64,000 bases of DNA from Nitrososphaeraceae archaeon (GCA_016782225.1 JADDOW010000046.1:3710-67709); one strand, 5' to 3'; positions 7,790 through 17,828 are shown, counted from the stretch's first letter. Notes: generated from the letters alone by a model not told the origin. Program-made: numbers and translations.

Positions 7790-10324
7790 ATGCTAAAGAA
7801 TTGTAGTTTAGAGAATAGAAATTCGATGTTTTTTTCTTCATTTGTTTTTGCTCCTATTGCCCGGTTTTCGATGAACAAAAATATTCTAAAGTTGTTTGGT
7901 GGCATTTTTATCCTGTTATTTGCTCTAAGCATATCTATTAACAATGATGGTTTTGTAAAAGGACAAGAAAATCTTGCCACGGAAAAAAAACCCATTTCAC
8001 TTTCAGGCGAAGACCTTTTAGTTTTAAATATTAACCTCCATAGGATAACCACTCAACTTGATATTGTTTTGGACAAAATAAACAGGGGAAACAATACTCT
8101 GCTGTTTGAGCATTCCTATATCCCTCACTCTGTAACTTTTCCAACAATAAAGAGCCTTGCTAATGCTGTGGATGAGAACAAATCTAAAACCTTGGAGAAT
8201 TTACTTACCGACATTCCACTACAACTCAGATCAGACCAAAATTCGTTGTTAGCTAAAAATGAGATAATAGAGGCTAAAAACATTATAAATGATTATCATT
8301 CCATGTTGAAAGATTCTTTACCAAAACAAGAGTATTTCATTGTCCAGTCCCAGACCCTGTCTTATTTGCTAAAAGACTCCAACATTTCATATCAAACCTT
8401 TAAAAACTCTTCAAATAACGTTGAAAATGATTTGGCAGACTATGCTGCGGTAGACTACGAAAATGCTATAGGCCTAGTAAATCAATCTAACTATATTTAT
8501 AACTCAATAAAACCCAATATAACAAGCGATAAAGCAAAAGAAATTGCCTTTTTTATTGCAAACCTAAATACCCTTTTGTTGTCAAAAAGCGACAATGTCG
8601 AAGAATATTCAAAATTAGTTGATGCTATAGAAAGGGATTTAAACGAATTTAATAATATTTTTGTTTCCACATCCAATCCTGCCAATGAGTCGTATCAGGT
8701 TTATTTCGATAATATCGATAGTTTATTGAATAGTGCGATCACATCCATCAAAAACGACAATGATTATAAAAGCGCAGACAAAAACGTGTCTTCTGCATAC
8801 TTGGATAATTACGAATATCTCGAAGCGCCTATAGAAAAAGCAAATTCTACACTGATGTTAGAGACTGAAGTAGATATGAGGGAGAATCTGCGAGATTTAA
8901 TTAAACAACAGTCTCCTCTTGTTGAGATTGAAAGCTTGGTTTCTAAGATAAAGAACAACCTAGAGACTTCAAAGAAACTGTTAGAATCAGGAGACAACAT
9001 GCAAATTGCCAACACTGTCAATTCCACCATCTCAAACTCCTCATCATCATTTGTTCCAAATACTGCTAATATTGATTCATTAAAACAAGGTTTTGGTGTT
9101 TATACCGGAGAGCGAAGATCCATGGGCAATGCAACTGACACATTTAAAGGTCAGGTGCGTAACGACATCGATACCATTAGGATAAAGTTAGATGAGGTGT
9201 CAAGGCATTATAGCCAAAATGATGTATCACAGGCCCTTTCCACAACCAGGTCTGCTTATCTTGACAGCTATGAAAACATCGAGATTCCGTTAAGGCCTAT
9301 AGATCCGGATTTTACTTTGGAAATGGAGATAAGATTTGCAGAGTTGCGCAACCTTATCAGTTCACAAGCTGAAGTTAATCAGGTTATATCTAAAATCGCT
9401 GAGATAAAAAATGGATTGGATGAATCAGAACGCCTTGTATCAGGCACGGGGGTTGTTGCGCCATCAATTGCATTTTCCTCCTCCTTTTCAATCATATTTA
9501 GGGAGGGTTTGGAGTCTGCTCTCATACTTGGAGCAATCTTAACCTACTTGGAAGCATCTAGAAATGACCGATTCAAAAAACATGTGTATTTGGGAATTTT
9601 GCTTGCTGTTGTATTGACTATGATAACATGGTTTGTTGCAGAGTTTCTGATAGATATCTCAGGCGCAGGTAGGGAATTGATAGAGGCTGTGGCTGGCATC
9701 TCTGCAGTAGCTGTTCTTTTTTGGGTTAGCTTTTGGGTGCTAAACAAAATTGAAACAAAGAAATGGATTGAATTTGTTAAGGCAAAGGTTTGGCAAGCTA
9801 CTGCCACTGGCAGCTTTATGGTTTTTGTCATGCTGTCCTTTTTTACTGTATATAGAGAAGGCTTTGAAACCATATTGTTTTACCAGGCATTAATTTCATA
9901 TGCAAAATACATGGAATTTTATGTGATGGCTGGACTTTTTCTTGGGTTAGCTGTAATAATTGGTGTGGTCTTTTTAATTCGCAAACTGGGAAAGAAACTA
10001 CCGTTAAGAGTTTTGTTTGGCTTTACGATGGGCGTGGGTGCGTTTATGTCCATAACCTTTATGGGTAACGCCATGCGAGAATTCCAGGAGCTTGGCTATG
10101 TTCCTACAACACATCTTTTTGGCATAATTCCACGCCTTGATATAAACATTGCAACAATGACCGGAATACATCCCACATTGGAAACTGTTTTAGCACAGGT
10201 TATTTTGCTGTCTGTGTACTTGATAGGCTCATTGTATATTCTTATAATTCAGCCAAGAAAGCAAAAGATAATAGCTGCCTCTAGAAAATCAATGAGGGAT
10301 GAAAGCAAAGGAAAATACACATAG
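7790..10324 (+). CDS. FTR1/EfeU-family high-affinity iron permease with a ~550-aa N-terminal extracytoplasmic domain
   Basis: The C-terminal polytopic domain has two REGxE motifs (IIFREGLESALILGA, TVYREGFETILFYQA). An alternative start at ATG 7871 gives a clean signal peptide (MNKNILKLFGGIFILLFALSISI). Confidence 0.8.
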   Translation: MLKNCSLENRNSMFFSSFVFAPIARFSMNKNILKLFGGIFILLFALSISINNDGFVKGQENLATEKKPISLSGEDLLVLNINLHRITTQLDIVLDKINRGNNTLLFEHSYIPHSVTFPTIKSLANAVDENKSKTLENLLTDIPLQLRSDQNSLLAKNEIIEAKNIINDYHSMLKDSLPKQEYFIVQSQTLSYLLKDSNISYQTFKNSSNNVENDLADYAAVDYENAIGLVNQSNYIYNSIKPNITSDKAKEIAFFIANLNTLLLSKSDNVEEYSKLVDAIERDLNEFNNIFVSTSNPANESYQVYFDNIDSLLNSAITSIKNDNDYKSADKNVSSAYLDNYEYLEAPIEKANSTLMLETEVDMRENLRDLIKQQSPLVEIESLVSKIKNNLETSKKLLESGDNMQIANTVNSTISNSSSSFVPNTANIDSLKQGFGVYTGERRSMGNATDTFKGQVRNDIDTIRIKLDEVSRHYSQNDVSQALSTTRSAYLDSYENIEIPLRPIDPDFTLEMEIRFAELRNLISSQAEVNQVISKIAEIKNGLDESERLVSGTGVVAPSIAFSSSFSIIFREGLESALILGAILTYLEASRNDRFKKHVYLGILLAVVLTMITWFVAEFLIDISGAGRELIEAVAGISAVAVLFWVSFWVLNKIETKKWIEFVKAKVWQATATGSFMVFVMLSFFTVYREGFETILFYQALISYAKYMEFYVMAGLFLGLAVIIGVVFLIRKLGKKLPLRVLFGFTMGVGAFMSITFMGNAMREFQELGYVPTTHLFGIIPRLDINIATMTGIHPTLETVLAQVILLSVYLIGSLYILIIQPRKQKIIAASRKSMRDESKGKYT

Positions 10325-10417
10325 CGGAATTTTTTTTGCTAATCTATTATGACTTTTTGTGTAGTGGAGACATAAATTAATAAAGTAGTTATATTTGTTA
10401 ATTTAATACTCTCTTGT

Positions 10418-11071
10418 TTGATTGATTTCCAAGATATTTATTCTTTTTACAGTAGTTCTGGTTATATTGGCATATTAATAACTAGTTTTATTGGTAGTAT
10501 CCTTGTATTTATCCCTGTACCCTATTTCCCTATTTTAATTTCTTCTGCACTAAATAAAGACTTTGATCCACACCTCATTGCCTTAACTAGTGCTATTGGA
10601 GCAGTATTGGCTAAAATGATTATATTTATAGCAAGTTATTACGGGCGAAATATTTTGAGCAATAAAACCAAAACAAGAATGCAGCCTCTCCAAAATATTC
10701 TGACTAAATATGGGGGAATAGGCGCATTTGTCGCAGCGCTAACACCCATACCTGACGACTTGGTCTATATACCTTTGGGGCTGGCTAAATACAGCATTAA
10801 AAAATTTACCATTGTGACCTTCCTTGGAAAGTTTATTTTGGGGGAGATAATAGTTTGGGGAACGGTTTTTTTAGGCAGACCTATAATGGAAGAGGTTCTC
10901 TCTGTCTCTGACGCCAACAATCAATTTTCTATTATTGTAGTATCCGTATTGACTGTTGTTTTGTTGATTCTGGTGTTGTTTTTTACCTTTAAAGTGGATT
11001 GGAGCAAAATTATCGGCAGATGGTTTCCCTGGGCATTGGACAAAAATCTGGATGAAAAAAATAACAAATAG
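10418..11071 (+). CDS. DedA / SNARE-associated (VTT-domain) membrane protein
   Basis: 217-aa multi-TM ORF with a TTG start. GIGAFVAALTPIPDDLVYIPLGLAKYSIKKFTIVTFLGKFI resembles the DedA/TVP38 core. Confidence 0.6.
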   Translation: MIDFQDIYSFYSSSGYIGILITSFIGSILVFIPVPYFPILISSALNKDFDPHLIALTSAIGAVLAKMIIFIASYYGRNILSNKTKTRMQPLQNILTKYGGIGAFVAALTPIPDDLVYIPLGLAKYSIKKFTIVTFLGKFILGEIIVWGTVFLGRPIMEEVLSVSDANNQFSIIVVSVLTVVLLILVLFFTFKVDWSKIIGRWFPWALDKNLDEKNNK

Positions 11072-11191
11072 GTACTAAAATCTACACACATAGTTGTATA
11101 TTTGTTTTAAAAAAATATACATATTATCTTTAATTATTTTTTTTATAATGCTTAATAACAAAAAATAAAACTTAAACATGATGCCATTAAA

Positions 11192-11671
11192 ATGAATAAT
11201 GAGTGTGTTGCAGGTTTTGATGACCTACTCAGAAAAAGTTACAATGAATTGGGAATTCATAGCGTCGACAGCTCTTTAAACTATGCCGATGTGATTGCAC
11301 TTGCAAATAGTTTTTCAACTCATTTTAAAGATGTGACTTTATCCAGTCCATGTGTTATTGTATTAAAAACGATTGCATATTCTCTACAGTCTAATGGCGT
11401 TGTATTGAGTAAAAATAAACTATATGATTTTTTTATTGCATCTTACAAGTTTTTAATCACAAACACTGGTGAAATAAAAGGAAATCCAGCAAGTACAAGA
11501 TCAGGAATAATTGATAACAGTTTCTTTGAAATTTGTAATGACTTGTTGATCAGCTATGATTTTTATGATGAAAAAATCAGAATTCAAATTCCGAATTTGA
11601 TTGTTGATGTGATTGCTGCCTTATTTTTTAGTCAGACCCCTACGGTAAAAAAATATCCACATTTCAAATAA
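11192..11671 (+). CDS. hypothetical protein
   Basis: 159-aa ORF with no recognisable motif. It is the last intact-looking ORF before the decayed region. Confidence 0.4.
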   Translation: MNNECVAGFDDLLRKSYNELGIHSVDSSLNYADVIALANSFSTHFKDVTLSSPCVIVLKTIAYSLQSNGVVLSKNKLYDFFIASYKFLITNTGEIKGNPASTRSGIIDNSFFEICNDLLISYDFYDEKIRIQIPNLIVDVIAALFFSQTPTVKKYPHFK

Positions 11672-12122
11672 AACCCTATTATTTTTCCAAGAAAGAGTCT
11701 TTAGTAGCCAACATTTTTCATTGCATTTCTCCAAAGCAATGGAGAATCCATCAGACACTGTATCTTCAATAAAGGATTTGAATGCAAAAAGCCATAATGG
11801 CCAAAAAAAGCTATTGAATCTCAAAAAATAAAGAAACTGGATTCTAATTTTGATGCTGTTATTGTTGTTTTGGATGGGGCCGAATCTGTTGATGATGGTG
11901 TAATGCATGGAATATCTAGGATTACGGGAAGAGGCTGCCATTCTATCAGACAATCTTTAACTGCGTTGCCTAACAAGGAGATTAAAAATCACATGATCTT
12001 TGTAATAATTATGATAAAATTATTAGATATGGTAAACTTGATAGCCCTAAAGAATTTAAATTAGCGGTTGAACGTGATTTGAGATGCCCATTATCCTATA
12101 GACAAGCCAGACATTCTCAAAC

Positions 12123-12281
12123 ATGTGTAAAAAAGTTCAATATTATATTGAAAGCATGTTGGATAGGAAATTTGAACCACATTTAACTCATGGCATTAAT
12201 CATGTAAAGCGCAATTTTGAATATGGTTATAGTTTGGCAGGGTTAATAGGCAATTCAAGATCCAGAAATGAGCCAAAATAG
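12123..12281 (+). pseudogene. N-terminal fragment of an HD-domain-like gene
   Basis: Own translation: MCKKVQYYIESMLDRKFEPHLTHGINHVKRNFEYGYSLAGLIGNSRSRNEPK*. It resembles the start of HD phosphohydrolases but stops after 52 aa. Neighbouring frames hold only short protein-like fragments. Confidence 0.3.
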
Positions 12282-12369
12282 GTGGTTTAATGATTTTATG
12301 GTTATACGAAAAGATGCATAAACATGTTTTTTTACTAATGGGGTTGAAAAAGCCTTTTAGCACAAAATA

Positions 12370-13313
12370 GGTTCTGTTCACTCTTTGGGTGCTGCTTTTT
12401 GGGTGGTAAGATTATACCATATCTGGTTCTGCTGAAACCATCCGGGTTGTTAAGTCAGTTGTGGGGTTTTTACAGTTGATGTGTTTTTTTGGGTGCTCAG
12501 AATTGGGTGTGGAAAAAACTGCGTCGATTCGAAACGCCAATCAGACTAAAACTAATATATATATTCATGGTATAATAATAGTGTTGCAATTTTATTGGAG
12601 AACACATGTGGCACTTGGTATACTGAACTTATAAGAATTCACCTTAAATATATCTATCGCTGAATCTTATTTAAGTGTCATATAATTCTACAACATGGTC
12701 TACGACGTAATCCGATAGAAAGTTTACTTGTCTTTGCTTTGTTGCAAAAAAAAGACAACCAAAAAAAGAAAAGGAAAGATGTTGAAAACTTAGACAATAA
12801 GGTTTTGATGAACTGGCAAGAGTTTTGGTTAAACCCACCTCCAATCCAAATAAAGGATAAACAGTTTTTGTTTTGGTTCACCAAAAGATTGGTTTTGTGA
12901 ATGTGAGGCTACATTATACAAGAAATACAAAATTTGTAACACAAAAGAAGAAAATGGGAAATGTATGATCCGTTAGAATTCAAAATGTTGAATTAATGAG
13001 ATGGGGCGCAAAACCTGAAAAAGGTTTTAGGGATACTGAAACAATGGCGCAAGAGGAAGGAGAAAAAAAACGAATTCAGAGAACCTATAATAGATGACCT
13101 TTTAAAAATTGAGGATTAAATGAGCAGAATTTGGACACCTCTCACAATCTTTTATCAAGACTTACCTATTAGAAGATGTACAGAAAATGATATTTCTATT
13201 GATAACAAAATAATGGCCTTAGTTGCCGAAATCAGAAAAACACCTGGATTGATTCACAACCCTACCACCCAATTATAACACCCGTTTTCTACGCCCGGTG
13301 AAGAGACAGAACC
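12370..13313 (+). mobile_element. MITE-like non-autonomous element, copy 1
   Basis: It is bounded by imperfect inverted termini (GGTTCTGTTCACTCTT...GGGTGGTA at the left; reverse complement GGTTCTGTCTCTTCAC...GGGTGGTA at the right). There is no intact ORF. 12370-12834 is ~75-80% identical by eye to 62093-62578 in inverted orientation. Flanks are ACAAAATA / CAAAAATA. Confidence 0.55.
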
Positions 13314-13641
13314 CAAAAATACCCTTTTTTTACAGTCCTTACGCAGTTTCCAGTCTATTGTCTATTGATGGACGCATTTATACACAACAAATTACAATTG
13401 CTCCCCAAGAACTATAGTTAATTTGGATTTTGTTATTTGATTAGAAAATTTTAATAAAAACATGGAATCAGGATTGAATGTCAAAAGATGTCCCAGCCCA
13501 ACCAGAAGCTACCCTATATTGTTGTTCTTATCAAATTTAATCCGTATGATTGAACACACGGAAAAGAATTTAAAAAAATGCTTATGAAGCCACTAGATCT
13601 TGAATATTGTCTACACAGAAAATTTTTTATTTTTCCGTAAT

Positions 13642-13827
13642 TTACTTAATTCCTGGATTTGGGCTGTTGTTGTTTAAATTATTGGATTCATTTAATACCT
13701 TGCTGTATTTTGTAACTATGTTGTTATCCCTGTTCAAATAGAAATCACTAGTTAAGTAAGTATAGGAAAAATATGTTATTCCTATGGTAATTAAGATAAT
13801 TGTTATAAATATTACAGTTTTTTTCAT
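13642..13827 (-). CDS. small membrane-anchored hypothetical protein
   Basis: An internal Met of the 91-aa track ORF gives MKKTVIFITIILITIGITYFSYTYL..., one TM plus an Asn-rich tail. Support is weak. Confidence 0.3.
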   Translation of the reverse strand: MKKTVIFITIILITIGITYFSYTYLTSDFYLNRDNNIVTKYSKVLNESNNLNNNSPNPGIK

Positions 13828-14592
13828 TAAAGTATTTTCTGCCCCATTTGCCATTTTAATCTTGATAAACATAATAATATTTTTGCTAGTGGTATTAGGA
13901 TAGTCAAAACCAAACAAAACCTAATTAGATCTGTTAAATCGCTTGAAGCAATTTCAGTATGGCTGATATTACCATTTTTTCTCTCATGAGAGAATGGATG
14001 TTATGCTTTAGATCAAGAAATCTACCGTCTTGAGGCAGACACCAAGCAAGCACCTTCTCACCAGCTTTAGAAACTGGGAGTTTCCAATGATGTTGGTCTA
14101 TACGCCTATATTATGTTCTTTTGACATGTTTCATACATGAATTTCTTGTTTTTCAGATGTATTGCAACCCTCAGAGCCATATATAACCTGAACCGACCTT
14201 TTATCAGAATGTCTCATGATGATGTTTTATTTGGTTTATATTTTTGTACCCGGTTTCCAATTATAACATAAATTAAATTTATATATTAGATTAATAATGG
14301 TCTTTCACCCGTCCTTTTTCTTGATGTTTAAACTAATAAAATTGAAGAAAAACCCATAACCAGTATATTCTGGAAATGTGTTCCATTTTGTATCTATAGT
14401 TCACAATGTAAATAGATAACACCTTCATGTGATATTTTTAAGCAACATAGGCCTGCTTATTTTATTTGTTAAAGCGAATTAGCCGATATTGACAATAAAT
14501 ATTCCCATAAGAAAAGCATCATTTGTAATGTTTTAGAACACAAATGTATTTACTATGCAATTTCTGTGAGTAAATGCAAAATCTATAATCTC

Positions 14593-14769
14593 ATGTGTGA
14601 GGATAAATTACAAACAAACGGTCCTGCAATAAATATTGAATGTGGTTTTTGTCAAAGCCTTAATTCAATAAACCTGGAGTTTTGATTTGCAGATGTCGGG
14701 CTTTTTCCACGTTGCAATTATTGTGAAATAGCCATATTAAAAAATATGGATGAAGAATTGACTCACTAA
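14593..14769 (+). pseudogene. small zinc-ribbon-like ORF interrupted by one in-frame TGA
   Basis: Own translation: MCEDKLQTNGPAINIECGFCQSLNSINLEF*FADVGLFPRCNYCEIAILKNMDEELTH*. There are CxxC pairs on both sides of the TGA at 14683-14685. Confidence 0.25.
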
Positions 14770-15088
14770 TAAGAAAATATTAAGGCAAATCAGAAATCGA
14801 AATGTAGTTTTAATTTTTTTTCTTGACCTGCTTTATTAATATTTATATTCTGAGGGATTTTTATCAAATGTTTCCTTACACTCTGAACGACAAAAATAAA
14901 CTTTTTGTCCATTTATATCTGAGGTGTATTTTGCCTTTTTTTCGTCTACATTCATGTTACAGACTGGGTCTTTTGCCATATGGATTATACAAAAGATGGA
15001 TATTTAACAATAGGGCTTTACATTTGTAATTATGGCCTTTTCCAAATTAGAATATGCCCCATTATTTGGTGAATTTTATTGTGTATAA

Positions 15089-15742
15089 TCATTGAATGGG
15101 TGAGCTCAATGTCATGTTGGTCATGCCAGTCGTGTTATCCAAAATGTTCCCTTTTGCCATCGCATCTTTCAGCATATTATTCATCATAATCATATTAATG
15201 ATTGGACTTAATTTTTGCTGGACTTCAGTATCAGCCATCATCATCTCAGCCATTTTAGCAGTATTGTTATCGCTACTCACCAACCCGTTGATTGTGGCAT
15301 TGCCAAAATGATTGTTCACTTTTGATGAACTTGGCAGTATGGTAATAGAGTTATTGTTTGCAATGGTAATTATGGTAGGAATACTGGATATGGGACCATC
15401 TTTCATCGTAATGGAAACATTCCCCTCCATTACTGTATTATTTTCTTCTTTGGTAACACTAATGTCAGTTGCGTTGCCTATTTTGTGAATGTGCGGGGCA
15501 GAGCCATTTGTCATAACCATGTTAAACATGCTGTGAAAAACCGAATCTTTGGGGCTAGACTGGTTTAGGTAGCCCATCCAATGACCCGACAAAATCCAGT
15601 TGTCATTTGAGCTGGCTATTGGGCCAGAATAAAAATTAGAAAAATCCTGCTCATGTGCCGCAAACGCATTTGCGCCGACTAACGAAATTGATAACGTGCT
15701 GGTTAAAACACTTAAGGCAATTACAAAACTTCTTTTTAACAC
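15089..15742 (-). CDS. exported Asn/Met-rich hypothetical protein
   Basis: 217-aa ORF with a clear signal peptide (MLKRSFVIALSVLTSTLSISLVGANAFA) and a Met-rich C-terminal stretch (AKMAEMMMADTEVQQKLSPIINMIMMNNMLKDAM). Confidence 0.6.
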   Translation of the reverse strand: MLKRSFVIALSVLTSTLSISLVGANAFAAHEQDFSNFYSGPIASSNDNWILSGHWMGYLNQSSPKDSVFHSMFNMVMTNGSAPHIHKIGNATDISVTKEENNTVMEGNVSITMKDGPISSIPTIITIANNNSITILPSSSKVNNHFGNATINGLVSSDNNTAKMAEMMMADTEVQQKLSPIINMIMMNNMLKDAMAKGNILDNTTGMTNMTLSSPIQ

Positions 15743-16373
15743 TATTTTTCGTCAAATACAACCGCTTATATGTTTTATCTATAAAAAAATTATTTGCAGG
15801 TTTTAGTGGGTAATCATATTCTTTCATCCATACCGATAATTTGCAGTCAATGCCCTGCAAGGAAAGCCATCAATTTTGCGGTTAGACAGTTATCAAAATT
15901 GGACCGCGACATATCTGATTATGAATTACCATTTGGCTGGACAAAAATGGAATACCAGAAAACTGACACTCTAGAATATGCTTATTGCAGGATTTGGTTA
16001 TCAACCACAAATCTAATGGCTGTCTTGTATTTGCATGCGGCAGTGGTGGCAAATAACAGAAATCCTGCACTTTATTGAAACCATTGCGTACATCCAATTA
16101 TACAAGAGAAGCATTATTTAAAGAACAACAGCACACATTGAAAACAGAAAAAGTTTGAATGCCTCATTTTTTATGTAGGGATAATGAGTGCAAAAGATAA
16201 GAAAAAATTCTGGGCCATCCAATTTGAAAAAATGGAAATGGGAAAACAACAAGCAAAGAACGTAGTCATTTTTAGGAAAATTCTTTACGTGGAGAAATGA
16301 TGGTGTAAACTTTAACCTTCATCAAAAACAATGCAAAACATATATCTCCTTTTGTCTATTTAAACCGATAGCG

Positions 16374-17828
16374 ATGATGTCAACTATTAAGCTTTTTTGT
16401 GTATTTGCGTCAATAGTTATATCTTTAACAGTCATTTATGCGGCATTTACAATACTGAGCATTGATACTTCCTTTGCGAATAGTTCTGCAAAAATAACTT
16501 CCAGCCGAATCTCCTCTTTTACTGGGCAGGGAGAACTATACGTAGGTAATGCCGGATCTAACACCGTTTCTGTCATTGACCTTGATGACAACCACCTTGT
16601 AAAAAATATTTCAGTAGGAAAAGGCCCACATGATATTAAAATTTCGGAAAATCAACAAACAGTGTTTACCACCGATACCGATTCATCAACAATTTCAGCC
16701 ATCAATACAACCAATAACACAATTATCAAGCAAATCCCCATTAAAGGAGTGAAGGCCCTTCATGGTATTGCAATTAGTGAAAACCAAATCAGAAACAATG
16801 GCAATGATGATGCCAAGGATAACAGAGAGCCAATTTTGTATGTTGGAGATGTATACGGCAACAGGGTGTTAGTTGTTAACGGGAGTAGCATAACAGATCA
16901 AATAAAGGTTGGCGCAGGTCCAGAATATTTAGAGATTAGCCCTAATCAACAATTTCTTTATGTTGCAAACCTGTGGGGACCCATATCAGTCGTTGACTTG
17001 AAAGCAGAAAACCCGGTTGTAATAAAAAGCATTGATTCAGGAAAAACACCTCATGGACTCTCATTTAACAACAATGGTTCCAACCTATACATAGTTAACA
17101 TGTATAGCAACAGCCTCTCAATTATTGATTCCAACCGGCACGAGATAATTAAGAATATTACGGTAGGCAATAAACCAGAATATGTAAAATTAAGCCCTGA
17201 TGAGAGGTTTGCATATGTAACAAACTTAGGGTCCAACACTATTTCAAAAATAGACCTTGACACATTTGAAGTGATAAAGGAAACGCCTGTCGGAAAAGCC
17301 CCTCATGGCATAGCATTTAGTGCTGATGGTAATTTGATGTATATAAGTAATATGGATAGCAATGATATTTCCGTAGTGGATACTAAAACCGACAAAGTTA
17401 TCTTAACTATCCCAACGGGGCTAGAACCCCATCAAATTGTAATGAAGAACCCATCAGTAAGGTTTAACTCCGAAAATAAATCCACTTCGCCAATTTATGT
17501 AGAAATAGCAGACGATCCCTCTGAGCAAAGCAGAGGGCTAATGTTCAGAAATAACCTGGAATCAAATAATGGTATGTTATTTGTTTTTGATGACGAAAAG
17601 ACCAGATCATTTTGGATGAAAAATACGCTCATTCCTTTGGATATGATATTCATGGATGAAAAACTTGGAGTTGTAGACATTAAAGAGAACGTTCAACCTT
17701 GTGTAACAGAGATTTGCCAAAACTATATGTCAGAACAGCCCGCAAAGTATGTGTTAGAAGTTAATGCAGGATATGTTCAAAGGAATGGTGTTGATATTGG
17801 AGATGTGTTAAAACAATCAGCAGTATGA
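16374..17828 (+). CDS. YVTN-type beta-propeller protein fused to a C-terminal DUF192 domain
   Basis: N-terminal TM, then at least 5 repeats of VGxxPxxIxxSxDGxxLYVxNxxSNxISxID type. The C-terminus (RGLMFRNNLESNNGMLFVFDDEKTRSFWMKNTLIPLDMIFMD) matches the DUF192 pattern. Confidence 0.75.
   Translation: MMSTIKLFCVFASIVISLTVIYAAFTILSIDTSFANSSAKITSSRISSFTGQGELYVGNAGSNTVSVIDLDDNHLVKNISVGKGPHDIKISENQQTVFTTDTDSSTISAINTTNNTIIKQIPIKGVKALHGIAISENQIRNNGNDDAKDNREPILYVGDVYGNRVLVVNGSSITDQIKVGAGPEYLEISPNQQFLYVANLWGPISVVDLKAENPVVIKSIDSGKTPHGLSFNNNGSNLYIVNMYSNSLSIIDSNRHEIIKNITVGNKPEYVKLSPDERFAYVTNLGSNTISKIDLDTFEVIKETPVGKAPHGIAFSADGNLMYISNMDSNDISVVDTKTDKVILTIPTGLEPHQIVMKNPSVRFNSENKSTSPIYVEIADDPSEQSRGLMFRNNLESNNGMLFVFDDEKTRSFWMKNTLIPLDMIFMDEKLGVVDIKENVQPCVTEICQNYMSEQPAKYVLEVNAGYVQRNGVDIGDVLKQSAV

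Noticed and set aside
12196-12884. Track ORFs 12196-12381 and 12678-12884 (minus strand)
   Set aside because: They fall in the MITE and decay region. The corresponding frame is broken in the second MITE copy, so the similarity is nucleotide-level, not coding.
12880-13000. Possible decayed homologue of the 61762-61941 zinc-ribbon gene inside MITE copy 1 (DWFCECEATLYKKYKICNTKEENGKC)
   Set aside because: Once both MITE ends were defined, the intact zinc-ribbon gene lies outside copy 2. The similarity is weak and limited to Cys spacing.
15794-16097. Overlapping ORFs 15794-16078 (+) and 15882-16097 (-)
   Set aside because: They mutually overlap in an intergenic region, with no motifs, no signal sequences and odd composition. 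There is not enough support to call either.
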